NCBI GenBank assembly: GCA_964036045.1
Contig: OZ038378.1
Span: 62,000,001 to 62,064,000, forward strand
Direction of reading: 5' to 3'
DNA from: Eutreptiella sp. 'Long Island Sound 2002'
Lineage: Eukaryota; Protista; Euglenida
Length of the DNA: 64,000 nucleotides
Made by a program: the position numbers and the translations under genes. A model generated the notes under the pieces. That model was not told where the DNA came from. It saw only the letters and a program-made list of their open reading frames with translations, and did not search any database. Position 1 is the first letter of the stretch. Every line of letters starts with the position of its first letter. This document shows, one piece after another, positions 22,846 to 35,600 of this stretch.

Positions 22846-23325
22846 AATTGCTAGGTGTCCTATTCAAATTGGTCATTACACTTCATCCAGGCTGCCTGTC
22901 GCAGTGGCTCATTAAATAGCAGTTGCATTACAATGTCTCACAATGAAAGGCAACATGCTTTCAACGCAATAGCATACGTCTTGAAGGGTGGATGCGCTCA
23001 ACCGGCATATCGGGAGGACCCAAATGATACGGCCACAATCCCCCAACGCGGAGCTGCTTTGCTAGCTTCTGGAGGCCTAGTATCGTACTCTTCGGCTAGG
23101 CCATGTAGTTGCATACATGCCACAATTTTTTGGGTTGCATTCCAGCGCAGCATAGCATTCCAAAAAGGGCAATCACCTGCTTGCGTTCCACCATCTTGCT
23201 GAGTGCGTCCGTGAAAGTGGTACCACACATGGGGGCCATATGGGCAGCTGGCCTAATTTGCTTGACAATTGTCTTCGTGTTGCCGGACTTCGCGTTCAGC
23301 CTCGCCTGCACTATTGCCTCACACA

Positions 23326-24048
23326 TCAACGTGACAACTGTCTTCTTACACTGCGTGACCTCAGCCGCCAGTTGTAGAAATTGTTCAATATTTGGGCTAC
23401 AGTGCTCTCACTTCCACCGTGTTGCGCCTTATTGTGTTGTCCAGCCAGTTTTCGCCTCATTTCAACGGACGTATCAAACTTGATCATGCGCACATCAAAA
23501 TTGGTCATCCACTCCTCCACCTCGCCCATCCTAGCTGTCACCTCCTTGCAAATTTCATCACACGCCGCAACGCCATGTTGGCCTCCGATCACCAACAGGG
23601 CTCCCTGTGAATACAACAGCATGGCACATAACACACGGCAAGCAAAGAAAGCTGTTACGCTAATGGAATTATGAAGCGGCATTCCCATACCTTTGTCCTC
23701 CGAGACCAGAAGCTGCAGTCGGCCATCAGCGGGGTTTGCAAGTAGGTCCTCCTTTACGTCTGCCACGTGGTCACAATCAATGAGCTGTGATTCCCCATAT
23801 TCCATGGTCCTGTCAATCTTCAATTCCTTGCGATTCACCTTGGTCCGGCGCGACTCGACGTAATTTGCCATGACCAATACACTCGTGGAGTCCTTGATAC
23901 TACCCATTTTTCGTGTGACCAGAGACTTGTTCCCCATTTGAGAGGGGATTGACTTGCTCACCTGGCCCCAACAACAGTGCTGCCCAGCTTCCCCCATGGA
24001 GGGCTCTGGCTGCAGTGCGTCCACTTTCTCAGCTTCCCGTGTGTCCAT
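23326..24048 (-). pseudogene. ParB/Srx-like domain protein, open for 240 codons, probably degenerate
   Basis: LIDCDHVADVKEDLLANP..LQLLV..LLVIGGQHGVAACDEI..RKLAGQHN. The GGxH motif followed by LAxxHN resembles ParB-like proteins of eukaryotic mobile elements. The frame breaks downstream. Confidence 0.5.
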
Positions 24049-24730
24049 CGCTGCTGTCTCACCAAGGTTGCCAGGTTGCCATCCATGGCAATGTCGTTTG
24101 GTATGTCACAAACGTCTCAAAAGCACACGCACTTTACAGGACAAATTGGCTCAAAAAAACGGCACAAAAATGACACAGCTCGAAGCATCACTAATGGCAA
24201 ATGTACGATTTGGGCAGCAAATTAGCCGGAACAATGCATTCAATTCGGCACCCAGAGGGGTTAAAATGGGCAAAATTGTCTTCGAAAAAGCTAATCACCG
24301 TAGAGGCGTCTCCAATGCAATGTCCAGTGCACACTGATGGTCACTACACCAATCAGGCACCCTGCAACGTCCCTCGTTGACACAGGTACAAAGGAACAAT
24401 AAAATTGGGCTTGTCCAAATGCCCTACAACACCAGAGCCAAACTTGCCTTTAGCATTTTACCGTGAGACACCGTAAGAGCGTATCACTGCAACACTTCCA
24501 CACACACCTATTCGAGGGTCACATAGGCTAGCACAGTGGGTTCACACTACAATACGAAAGCAAGCATATGTGTGCATAGATCACACCACGGTCATGGCAT
24601 GGTCCAAGATTGGCGCAGCCCTAAGAAAGAAATACCAAATGACCAAATGTGGGTGCATTGTGGGCAATCATGACAGGCTGGGCTGGGCAGGGCCCACAGC
24701 AACGAGAACCAGCAATAGAACCACTCAAAA

Positions 24731-25426
24731 CTAAATCTCGGACAAAGCAAGGCTTTGCACAACCCAGACGTTTGGGGGGACACAATAATAGCGGTGTAGA
24801 CATGAAAACGATGATTGGGCCGTCTGCGGCGGGAGGGGAGGTTTACATTGCCACCTCCCTCGTGCTGAGTGCGATTCTATCAAGTTAATTTCAAGCAACT
24901 CCTCATTGAGCACAACAGGTGTAGGGCCATCAGAGAGAGCGTCAACATCTACAGCATCCTTGGCCCGTGTCACGGGTACACGATCCTCAAGGGAGGCGCA
25001 CGCATCATCAATCAACATTGCATTTGGCACCCCGGGAACCATGTGCTCCATTGCAATTGGTATGAACCCAACTGTTTCTACGGTTGCCCGGGCCTCGCGG
25101 CGGTTGAGAGGTGGCCTAAGTGGGATATGTTGGCGTATGTAATTCATGGCATCATTGCGGAGCCCTTACCAACCTACCGCGGTGCGCACAAAAAACTTTA
25201 CAATGTAACTCACAAAAACAACAGGTAGTGTACCGCCGGTTCCCTTCTTGGGGAACGCATATGTTGTGTCTCTTTCTGCCACAACCACACTGACAAGACC
25301 CGAGGACCATCCAACAGTGGGATGCTCCTCCAGTCCTCCACCACGCATGAGTGCCCATAACCTATCCCGCACCAATTGAACTCCATAGAAACCGGTGCCA
25401 TGGTGAGAAAACAGTGTGGGTGGCAC
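24731..25426 (-). pseudogene. Unknown ~230-codon reading frame with one internal stop
   Basis: ORFs 25426-25166 and 25147-24731 are in the same frame (VRTAVGW*GLRNDAMNYIRQH). Composition looks globular. Confidence 0.35.
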
Positions 25427-28400
25427 AACTGGAAAAATTGGTAACCATAACAGAAGACTAGCAAAAGGCGTGGACTAGCAAATACCGTGCATAGTGCGGG
25501 CTGAATTTAGAAGGTGACATAACAGAAAAACGGACTTGCATTGCGGATGGCATGCACAGAAGACATGAAAGTAGGTTTTTCAAAAAGGCTCGGCTTTGCA
25601 GAGCCCAGCATCCGGAAATTGGTAATGGCGGGCCTTGTAATAGACATAGGGGACATAGGGAACTACGAACAAGTAACTGAGAAGGAATGGAAGTGGCATT
25701 TGAGGCAAGTGGGCTCTGCAGAGCCTTGGGTCCCGAAAAATGATAATTATGGGGTGCATAACACAAATATGGCCATAAGGCGAAACACTTAATGATTGCA
25801 AACGTCACATTATTTTCCGGTATTGGGCCCGTGGCATATCAGGTAGTAATGACCACCGTGAATGATACTCACACTCTCTCTTTACTGGGACAATAGATGG
25901 TTGTAGAGACGCAGATTGAGCGACACCCGGCGACAACACTACATGCACATGCAGCAACCGTGAGTACCTCGGGTTCCGGCGGTTGTCCGCAAAAGCGGCA
26001 GTGGGCAACACGGAAGTGCGTCAAGGGGGAAGCAGGAGGGAAGTCCTTGCGGGGATCGCATTATCACGCACCAGCACCGGGGCTCTAACTAAATGCGTAC
26101 CACTGAGTTGATTGAAGTGCAAATCCAGGCACGGGGGGTGCTTCTACGTGATACAGGCAGTGGTGTCATCAGGCTGTATTTTGGCTGCCAACCCCTGTGG
26201 TCTACTTCCACAAGTGGTCCAAGCAACCACAAGTGCTGGCGATAAGAGTTGTGCCGATCAATCTGTGTAAGTGTGGGTCGGTCGGCATCCACGGCACGAA
26301 GTGGCCGGGGAGGATGGATACGGGGAAGGGAAGACAAATCAACAACGGGACGTGAGTCCCGATTAAGCGTATCGGGGTTCAATGCAGCCCGCTCCTCGCT
26401 TCCTGAAAAGAAATGGGATCGGCATATTCGATCCCCTTGCTACCAGCTGACAAGGGGGTTGTGCATTGCGTTCCGCAATGCAAGACGGGACCGCGTGGGA
26501 AGCCCCCAAATGTATGGCACAAAGCATCGTGCCTGGCCACCACTTTTGTCCCTCAGCAATTCCATTATCTTCGAGTCAATGGGTCATCGAGGGAGGTCTT
26601 TGGTGGGGTTGACCGGTCCTTTGGGACAAACTTTGGTGGCCGCGGTGGGGATGGGGGTGCTAACCCCGTAAACATAATTGCCTCTTGCAAGGGGAGCATA
26701 GCTGCAGCAGGTGCTGCCGTTTCTCGAGTCAATGGGTGCGGTAAGGGTACAGGTCCTACAACCTCATCTCCATTGGTATCCTTGCCGGCACCGGTGCATC
26801 CACCTCTGTACGTCTAACATGTGGGAACTCAACCATGGCTATTGTAAAAAGAAAATAGCAAGTTACATGTACTCAATATATGAGACATACGACCACGTAG
26901 TAATTATCACAGCACTGCACATCATGCACAAAAGCTACTGCAATGAACTAGGGTACATTGCAAACAATGTGTCCTGAAACTCCAACAGAACCTGGCGGGC
27001 CCGAACAATACAAACATCACACCAGCAAGCTTCAACCACACCTACATGCAAATAGTGTAAGGCCTGTTGTATATGGGGTACCCCATAGTACTCCTTACCA
27101 GCTCCTAACTATGATACTTAGAAATTACCACGTTGGCACCATTGTACATGAGGATACAAAAGCAAGACGGCACAAAGGCATAGAAAAACATAACAACGGA
27201 CGGCATGTAGAGTAAGTTTCAAACTTTCATCGTGCTATTATGTCACACCACAGGGGGTTAAAATGGGACATTGTGAAGGTCTGGGCTCTGCAGGGTCCGC
27301 CAACAGAGAAACCCCAATATGCAGCCCATAAGTACCAAGTATATCAATGCAGAGCCCAATTTGTTGGAAACGTGGTGGAAATAGAGGCGTGGCCCGGGCA
27401 TTTCCATGTAGATCATGTGGTGCCTGGTGCAGCACTTGTCTTTGATCATTGCCCACCACTGATGTATGCAAGAGTTGTATCCCTGATTCCCATTCCTGCT
27501 CACCAAATTGAGGACAATGTTTAGGCTGACTATGTTAGGGTGGCGGGAAATGTTTACCACTTTACCCAGCGCCATGTCGTGCGGCCACTTGACCACTGTA
27601 TACATGAGCCAATTCTTGTAACGGGGGGTGGCAGACAGGGAAAAACTTGTAGCCTGGGCTCTGCAAAGCCCAGAAATCCAAAATGTGTAATACTAGGGCC
27701 TAAACTGACTTCCACATCTGATCTGGGCTCAGCAGAGCCAAACTTGATGCAGGAATGCAAATTTGTACCCCTATGCACCGCACATGCAAAAAACCCCCTA
27801 TCACCCCTTTTTTCACGAAAACAATTGAGGGCAGAATGGGCCTACTAAGAAGAGCCATGGCCATTGTTGACAATCATATGTCGCATCAAGTCCGGATTTT
27901 TGGAGTATCGGGCTTTGTTGAACGGATCTACCTAGACAACAAGTGCCCCCTCCCTGTGTTGCAACCTTCGTAGAACCTCTTGCTCACTGATATCTACCCG
28001 TGTCGCCACAGGCGCTTGACAGCTTGACAGCAAACGGCAGGCGGCAAGTTGAACACGAACCCGTTTGCTAACCCTTGACGTCTCTTGCGGCAAGTTTGCA
28101 CGGGCAGTAGGTGGATGACTCAGCTTCAGCAGGGTACAGAATAGCATAAAGACGGCTACCATCAACCCCCGTAACCGGGGCCCCCGCCCTCGGTCCTCCC
28201 AATCCTACTTGAAATTGTTCAAAGAATTTTGCCAGCGCGTCTTGGGGTTAATGCGCAGCTAGAGGAAGAAGACCACCACGATTTCTGCCGGATCGCTATC
28301 AACAGCATCCCCACATAGATCCTCAACCGATTGATGGGGGGTCTCCATGTTCACGAGACTACGCCACATGTCTAAGTCAATGGCACTTAGAGCGCGGGGT

Positions 28401-30387
28401 GCAGGACATGGGTGTCTAGCAGAAAACCATAGCGTGATGGAAGCTTTTATTGTTATCGGTTGAACAAGTCCAACCTTGTGGCTAGGTGGCACGGGTGTAA
28501 TGGACGAGCAAAGCGAATGTGTGGCATGTTGGTAGCGTTTCAGTGATGTACACGTAATACGCATTATTGATAGGACACAACCCATCCCTGTGTATTCTAC
28601 TACCAGCAGCAGAACGGTATCCCAACGGGGGAGTCATTGATCTATGTTCCAACGTTTCGCAAACACGTTACCAATGCGAGACGACGAGATACAAGCATCT
28701 GTGATAACATTCTTCCGGGTAGGTCGAAAAAACCACAAGACGACAAGTATGTGTACAATGGGACAGGAACCATACATCGACAAGGCCTGTGTCCTGAAGC
28801 GCACCGGGGTATGACATCAAAGCAGTGCAATGCAAAATGCAGATCGGGAACACTCAAGTGATGACATAAACGTATCAGGCTGGACAACGTAGGAATCCAC
28901 TGGGCAACAGCAGAGCGCAGCACCACATTGTGACACTGGATGGACACGGTGACGTGTTCTGCTGCCAACATTAGAATCATCGTGGGAATTCTGTTGGAGT
29001 CCTACAGCAAGGGGAAACGTAAAGAAATGTGTGTGAGGGGTGCTATATAGCAATTAGAGTGTGGCCCATGACCCGGGAAGTCTTGTACTTGACATATTCC
29101 AGGTAGGAAACAATGTTTTTTTTGAGTCGAACAAACAGTAAAAAATGAGAACCGGAAATGCGGCAGCCAGTCATCTAGTGCAGTGTTACGCATGGTGGAT
29201 CGTCAAATTGTGGGTGTAGGTTCCATGCCCCCTACGGTCATCACCTGGCCACCATTTGCATATCGCACCACACATGGTCCCCCACTAAAGGGGCATATAC
29301 CCAAGTAATGCGGTTACACTGGGGGCATAGCTCATAGATTTCTGGTCCTACGACATGTATGAGTCACCATGCATTGCACCATTGTAGTTACACTACAGTA
29401 TTGCACTATAGTATGTAGTAGTATAGCATGCATTGCACTATAGTAGTAGTAGTAGCAGTAAAAGGACAAAGCAAAAACTCGAAAGAACCCTGCTAGGCTA
29501 CTAAGTGTAACACTGCTAGGGAAGTGATGCGCCGGCAGTAAAGCATAACCGGGTGTACTCTATACTACGAGCCATATAGATTGAAAGAAAGAGATGGTAC
29601 CAATAAGTAGCTCCTTTTTCACCCGCCTAGAGGGCAATATTCCGTTCCGTAATAGGCATCCGACCCGTGTGTGACCCTGTTAGGCAGGACATAAACCCAT
29701 GTGCACGTACATATCCCTGCGCCACCCCGCCCCTTGAAACACCCCCGGGAACACAGCTTCGTCACAGTTGGGCATAGTGCCTTGATCCCCTTGTCTTCGA
29801 CTGCTAGCTGTGGAATAAATTGCTTCTCGTACCGTGCAGTGGCTTCTGTGCAACATTTTTCAAATTGATTTCCTGTCCACACTCCTAAGAGACTATTTCG
29901 CCAAAATAACATTTTGGGCCCGTAAGTTACCATTTTGGATGTAACTTTGCAACCCCAAGATAGTGGCTCTTCAACAAACCCCACATGTCTCCCTCAATCT
30001 CGTGTTCGATGTATGCCTCAAGGACAGGCACATATGCCTCCAAGCAAATACCTCATTTGGAGACCCCAGAGCACCAGGGTCTAATACCGTGAAAAGGTGA
30101 GCGTACAAGGGTGCGGCGTGGGACGGCAAACATGGGGTAGGGTGGTATACCTTGCATTGGAAGATTGTGCGGCAAATGGTACGCACACACCGCGACCACG
30201 ACCCATACACCGAAGTCTCCACTATGATGCTGGTGTTGTACACTGTCAACTCGGTCTGATGGATCACGTAGTGATGGACAAGCCCCGTTGCTAGCAAGGT
30301 TGTGAGAGGACCTAGATCGCGAGTGACGCCGCAGGTGCAAACAAAGACTTCACATTGGGATGCGGGGCTCCAGGGCATGGTGTGAAA

Positions 30388-30539
30388 CCCCTACTTAGAG
30401 CACAATTTCTAGAACACCCACCTAGCCTCATTGGTTGGGCAAACCACCTAAAACAAATGGATTCGGCACCCTCAAAAAACCCCCATCCCATCTCGTTCCC
30501 CAGGGCACCCTCATTGTAGGGGTGGTTTCTAAGTGGGGG
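30388..30539. mobile_element. Possible ~150-bp MITE
   Basis: Terminal CCCCTACTTAGA and TCTAAGTGGGG are inverted with 1 mismatch. No TSD verified. Confidence 0.35.
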
Positions 30540-30699
30540 GGGGGGGGGGGGGGATGCACCTGTGAGTTGCAGCAGAGCTAGAGCACCTTGAAATAACTAG
30601 TTACAGCAGAGTTAGAGCAATCGCCATCCCGCGGTAACTCGGTTATTGCGCCATTATGGCGCCTAGCACTTACGCACCCCAGCCCCAATCCTCAATGGT

Positions 30700-31650
30700 A
30701 CAAGCAAGGCACAACACTTGCCAAAATCATCAATGCCTGAGGCCTTCTCTGCCTCAGGTCCGAAAAGCCCTTGCTGAGGAGCCGTCATACTCATGCCATG
30801 GTGCATCTGTCGCATCAACAAACTTGGCCTCACCAAGGACAAATCCTGGAAGCAATTTTTCTGCCTTCTCTTGTACGGCCCATGCTTGCATTACGTGGGA
30901 TGGAGGAAAATTGAAAAATATTCCTTGACTTCTCAGCAAAAAAAATAGAATATGCCACGCACCAATGGATCCAACTCGTGGGGGGCGCACATGAGTCTTC
31001 CCAAGCAATGGAAAACATTGTCGTCAACGAACGATGGCGTTCCACTTGGGTTATAGTGTAAACATCCCCCAGCCTCCAAAGGTCATACAAACCCTCAATG
31101 CATTTCAGCATGACATCCAAAACAACCCATCATGGAGGTCCACCAGGGGTCCTCACTGACGAGGCATGCTCTTTGAGGCAATCCACCAATTGCCTTTGGA
31201 AGGAGGGGGAGGTGAGGAACACTTTGGTGCTCGTAGGATCAAAGTCCTTTTCCTTCGGCCTTGAGGCCTAGGGGAGACGTTCCCTCACAGCATCATTTCA
31301 GGTCTCGTCCTTGAGTGCTTGCTTGAACGCCTGCAAAGCCACAATAGTTTGGGCTTTACTAGGGGTTCCCGGGGGTAAGGCCTCAATGGTGCTCTCAATG
31401 CATTTTGCAATGCCATTCAGGATTCGGCACGCTGCGCGTTGCTGGTCACCAGGCCGTTTGTCAAGGGTCATCCTCCTTATTTTCAACAAAGCCACTGCGG
31501 TCTTTGCACAACCAACACTTAAAGCTACCCCACCGATTGCTTGCCTCGCTTTCCCTCCCATCCCCAATCAAAATGACAACGCAAGTCCAAAATTGGTTCT
31601 GAAATCGGAGGATTGCCTCCTCCACATCCTTCACCTCTTGATTGAGGTTA
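30700..31650 (-). pseudogene. RAG1/Transib-like transposase, C-terminal catalytic half (element 2a)
   Basis: VVILIGDG (second Asp, 31562-31560) is followed by FKCWLC (CxxC) and PGDQQRAACRILN. Then come MLKCIEGLYDLWR, PTSWIHWCVAYS and IFQFSSIP, and after a frameshift T*CKHGPYKR, with a stop where the catalytic Glu is expected. The order matches the RAG1 core. Confidence 0.65.
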
Positions 31651-33600
31651 GCAGAGACATCTTCTTAAAAAAGCCTGCCCATCCCCCCAATCCATGTAAA
31701 ACCATGCGGACCATAGCTTTACTTTGGGTGCATACTTAGTCCCTCCTCCCCGACAAACATCGACCCATACATCTGCACGGCTCGACGATGCCTTCCAAAG
31801 GGAAGGTGCATCCACAGAAAATACAACAAGGGCAGTGCCAATGGGGCGGGCAGGGGGGTTCCCCATTCACTCAGGGCATGCAACGTGCAAAATTGACAAT
31901 AGATTGTAAAGGCACATGTGCAAGTGCCCTGCTCCGGCTTGCGGTGGACTTTACAATAGTTGCTTGCAGAAGCAAGGCATTACCCTTTTTCAAACGGTCC
32001 GTTGGGTAGAGTGGCGTGGCATCCGCAAAAAAGGCCGCTAGGAAAGATGCATGTTGCATGCCATGCATAGCATGCTCGAGGCCTCAAGCTCCAAAGGTGT
32101 GATTGTAAGATGGCCAGGAAGTGGGGCAAAAAGGGCAGTGCAAGACCCGCCAAACAAACTTCACCCTTGGTGTTGGTGAGACACATGATGTTAGGATGGC
32201 CCAACACAACCAAAACCAACCTTTGCACCACCTTCAACCACCGCCGCGGGGCTTGGGGCATCGCAACTACGTGTCGCGTTGCATGTTAATTCAGAGCCTT
32301 CGGGGCATCATTGATAGGAGTGTCCATAAAGAATAAGATGATCTGCATGGGGCACAAAGCAGGAAAATTTGATGCTTATGCCCCCCCTCCCGCGGAAAAC
32401 AAAACACGCACAATGACTTGCGAGATAACCGTGCGATAACTGGTTTTCGCGCGATAACCCCCGCGATAACCCCCGGGAAAAATCAGTTAGAGCGCGATAA
32501 ACCAGGGTGATAACTAATTAGGGCACCCAATTAGAGTGCAATAACTGCCGCAATAACCAGTTAGAGCAAGGCATAGTGAGACTAAATGGAGGGGTTAGTG
32601 CGCACTACGCAACTTGAAACCAACATGAAAAACCTGCTACCACCCCGTAGGACAGCAATGCGGCAACCCGCCTGCACTATAAAAGATCATACTCCATCGC
32701 CAACCCTCCCATGGCCAACGAGCATGTCGTGCCCGGGTATTGAACAACACTGAGGCCTGTGATGTGGCACAACATGCCCATCCTCGAACCTCAAAACCCT
32801 TGTGCACACGGGTGTGCAGCTTTTTGTCCCTCAAGGAGGGATTTAGCAGCCCGCCACTCTCCACCCAAAAATTCCCCCGCGAAAAACCTTACATACACTA
32901 TTAGAGCCATGGGCGCCCCATCACGCAATTGTGCGTGAACGCCCATGGCTTCCCTCCCTTGAGAACATACAATGTGAATGCTACACCATGTGAACCATGG
33001 TGGAACCTTCAGATTGCAATCATGTGCAACCAAGGGGTCACTCCAAAGGTTAGCCTTGGCCGCCGAGTCCCAGGGAGGAATTCTGCTGCCTGACTTGGAG
33101 ACCGATTTTCCTTGAATAAATTTCAACCACCAAGCAGGTGAGTGATGGGTCTTCTAGATGGCACTCCGCACCCTTTTCCACACCATTCTCCAGCATCGCC
33201 TGCATGTGTAAAGAGTGTGATACGGCTTGGCGGAATGGATCGGTACATGGAACCAGCAGCGCATTTGCAATTCATATGGCGATTGGGGTGTACGTAAGTA
33301 TTGTTGGGGTGGAGAAGGTACCGGTGCATATGGCGCTAGTTTTTCAAAATTGCGCATAGCTTCTTGAATGTCTTATTAGTGAGAATGTCACCTTGCATGA
33401 GTTGCACAAGGCACTGCATCTGAGGGTCAGAAAGACCCTCAGCAACGTGGAACATGCCAAGTGTAATTTTGTCTCGAAAATGTTTGATGAGTCGCTCAAT
33501 AGCCAACCGGTCTCGAACCTTGACAATGCGCACTGCAGGCTACCATGTCTTTGCAACCGTTTTTTATGGCGGACTATAAGAGTGGGACAATAGTTCGCCG
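31651..33600 (-). pseudogene. RAG1/Transib-like transposase, N-terminal two-thirds (element 2b)
   Basis: TLGMFHVAEGLSDPQMQ matches RAG1 LAIRVNTFLSCSQY. After a frameshift, (L/M)RNFEKLAP matches LRNAEKVLLP. FEVRG[D]GH gives the first Asp (frameshifted). LFNTRARHARWPWEGW matches element 1 LLNHGARA..AYLW. SCDAP gives the second Asp (32262-32260). HCPFCP also present. Confidence 0.55.
32343..32633 (-). other. GT-AG intron (291 nt) in element 2b, filled with GATAAC/GTTAGAGC motifs
   Basis: Minus-strand donor CAG|GTTTTT, acceptor CCCCATGCAG|ATC. The next exon starts IILFFMD, like IVQFIQD in element 1. Confidence 0.6.
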
Positions 33601-35279
33601 GGGACGGTACCAGACTCCAGCCACAAGCAACCAGGAGCAAGCACCAAGTATAGCACCAAACACGCGCAAAATGCGTAATAATTGCAACCCCATCGTCGTG
33701 TTTCAAATTGAGCTGAACTTTTAGTGGATGCTACCTATGGGTGTGAACCACAATCCCAAACAGCCTGAGTTGGACACTCAACGGTGGCGCCCGAGAACGG
33801 ATGTTGTTGGTGGCAGACCTCCATTTCAAAAAGTGCAATGCAGAGCAAAAGACTGCTTTTTGTTTCGAGCCACAACCACCCTACAACCTCTTCAAAATGG
33901 CCAAACAAAGAGAACGGGTGGGCTCTGCGGTACAAGAAACAGTCTAGGAAAATTTGGCATCGTCTGGTAATGCAACTGCCATTGTTTGCACATTGGTATG
34001 CCATGTTCAAGACAACCGTCTTCGACATGCATCGAGCCCTCCCCATTCAAAATGTGTTGCTGGCCATGCGGATTGCACAAAATGGTATTGTCTTGAGGTG
34101 TGCTCAGTGACGCTCTTGCAACAGCTGGACTCGCAAGAGCCCGTGCATCATTCCTCACGAAGCACGCAAGGGTACACGCAGAGTGGTTGCTGAATTGAAT
34201 GATACACACAACAATGGGCGTTTGAATGGATAACAACCATCGAAGGCAAGACAGTCTTGTCAACTAATCATGCCTGCCTCATGACCTTCCTACTATTGAT
34301 CAAGTAGCGATTGACAAGTTAATTGCACTCAAAATTTTGTTGTATGAATACATTCCGGCGGTGTTCATGTTGGGACACCTGGTCTTAACATGCACATGGT
34401 TAGCACACGAAACACCGGGAAGGTAAACAATACTCCAAGGCAATCTCACCATCGTTGTCTCAATGCCTGGCTATGGAGAAGCATCGCGGAAGGAACTTTG
34501 GCGGAACGTGTGTATGGGGTTGGCGATGTTGATGTCATGGCACTCAGCCCTTCCCCGGCATGTGCTTGTGCTCTTTTGTCCCGCCTCGGTGCAATATGAC
34601 GTAAGCAGACAAATGTAATTGATCCGGATAGTTTTGACACTCCCGTTTGTTACTAAAGACTTGCGTATCAGAGGGTCAATCTCTCAGGCTCAAGTTGACC
34701 ACTACATCAGGACGATTCGCCGGTTTTTTTGGCTTCGCACAAGTGGACAACCTTTCACACAGTAGGTAGGGACGGCTAGTAAGCATAATATTGCCCAATA
34801 AACTCCAACCATCTCGGAATGACAAGATTGTTCTCTGTAAGTATGAAGCAGTGGACAGCCCGCACTCCGCAGACCGAATATGTTTAGGCGTTTTTGCGAA
34901 ACAATGTTCGCCCAAGAGCAGCAGGCACTCATGCAGTGCTGCTCGCCGCTCTCTGTGCCACAGGACATACCAGCGTTGATTAGACAAATTTTCGCCTATT
35001 CGTGGAAGTTTGTACTCCTATGCTGGTACGGTGGAGTGTAAATTGTCCCGGATTGTTTTACTTCCCCATGCTTCTTGTCCCATGCGGCACCGAGGCAGGA
35101 ATCGCACTAGCTGCAACCTCATGCAACACGCAATTGGAGTGCACACACATCATTGTTCAACTTTGCAATTGCTTTCAACAGCAGGCTGATTTTTGCCTAT
35201 TTGGCCTTTGTGCCGAAGGCGCTGTTACCAAAAGGCAAAAGGCCAGGATGTCTACCCACGGGTAAAGGTAAACGGGCTG

Positions 35280-35600
35280 GGCTGTGTGTGTTGTGTGCGC
35301 GCCGTGCGTAAGTGTGTAGGCCTCGGCAGGGGGAGGGGGAGTCGGGGAGACCTGGTGAGTTCGCCTCTGGCGACCGCGCTGATTCCAGGAGCTCCCGCTG
35401 CACCCCTTCCCTTTCTGCTTGCTGGTGCAGGCGCAGCTCCTGCAACGCCCACGCCATCGTGCTGCCCGGGCCCAGGCGGGCCTTCAGCAGTGTGGCACGC
35501 GCCTTGGCGTGGGCGTACCAGATCCATATGGACTCCTCCACGACGTGGCGGAGGAACTCCGTGCCCAGCGAGTGGGGCCCCGTACGCCTATTTGGCCTTT
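35280..35600 (-). mobile_element. Probable 3-prime fragment of a non-LTR retrotransposon ORF
   Basis: FLRHVVEESIWIWYAHAKARATLLKARLG..WALQELRLHQQAERE resembles the post-RT tail (..IW..RN-like) of LINE ORF2 proteins. No catalytic motif present. Confidence 0.35.
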
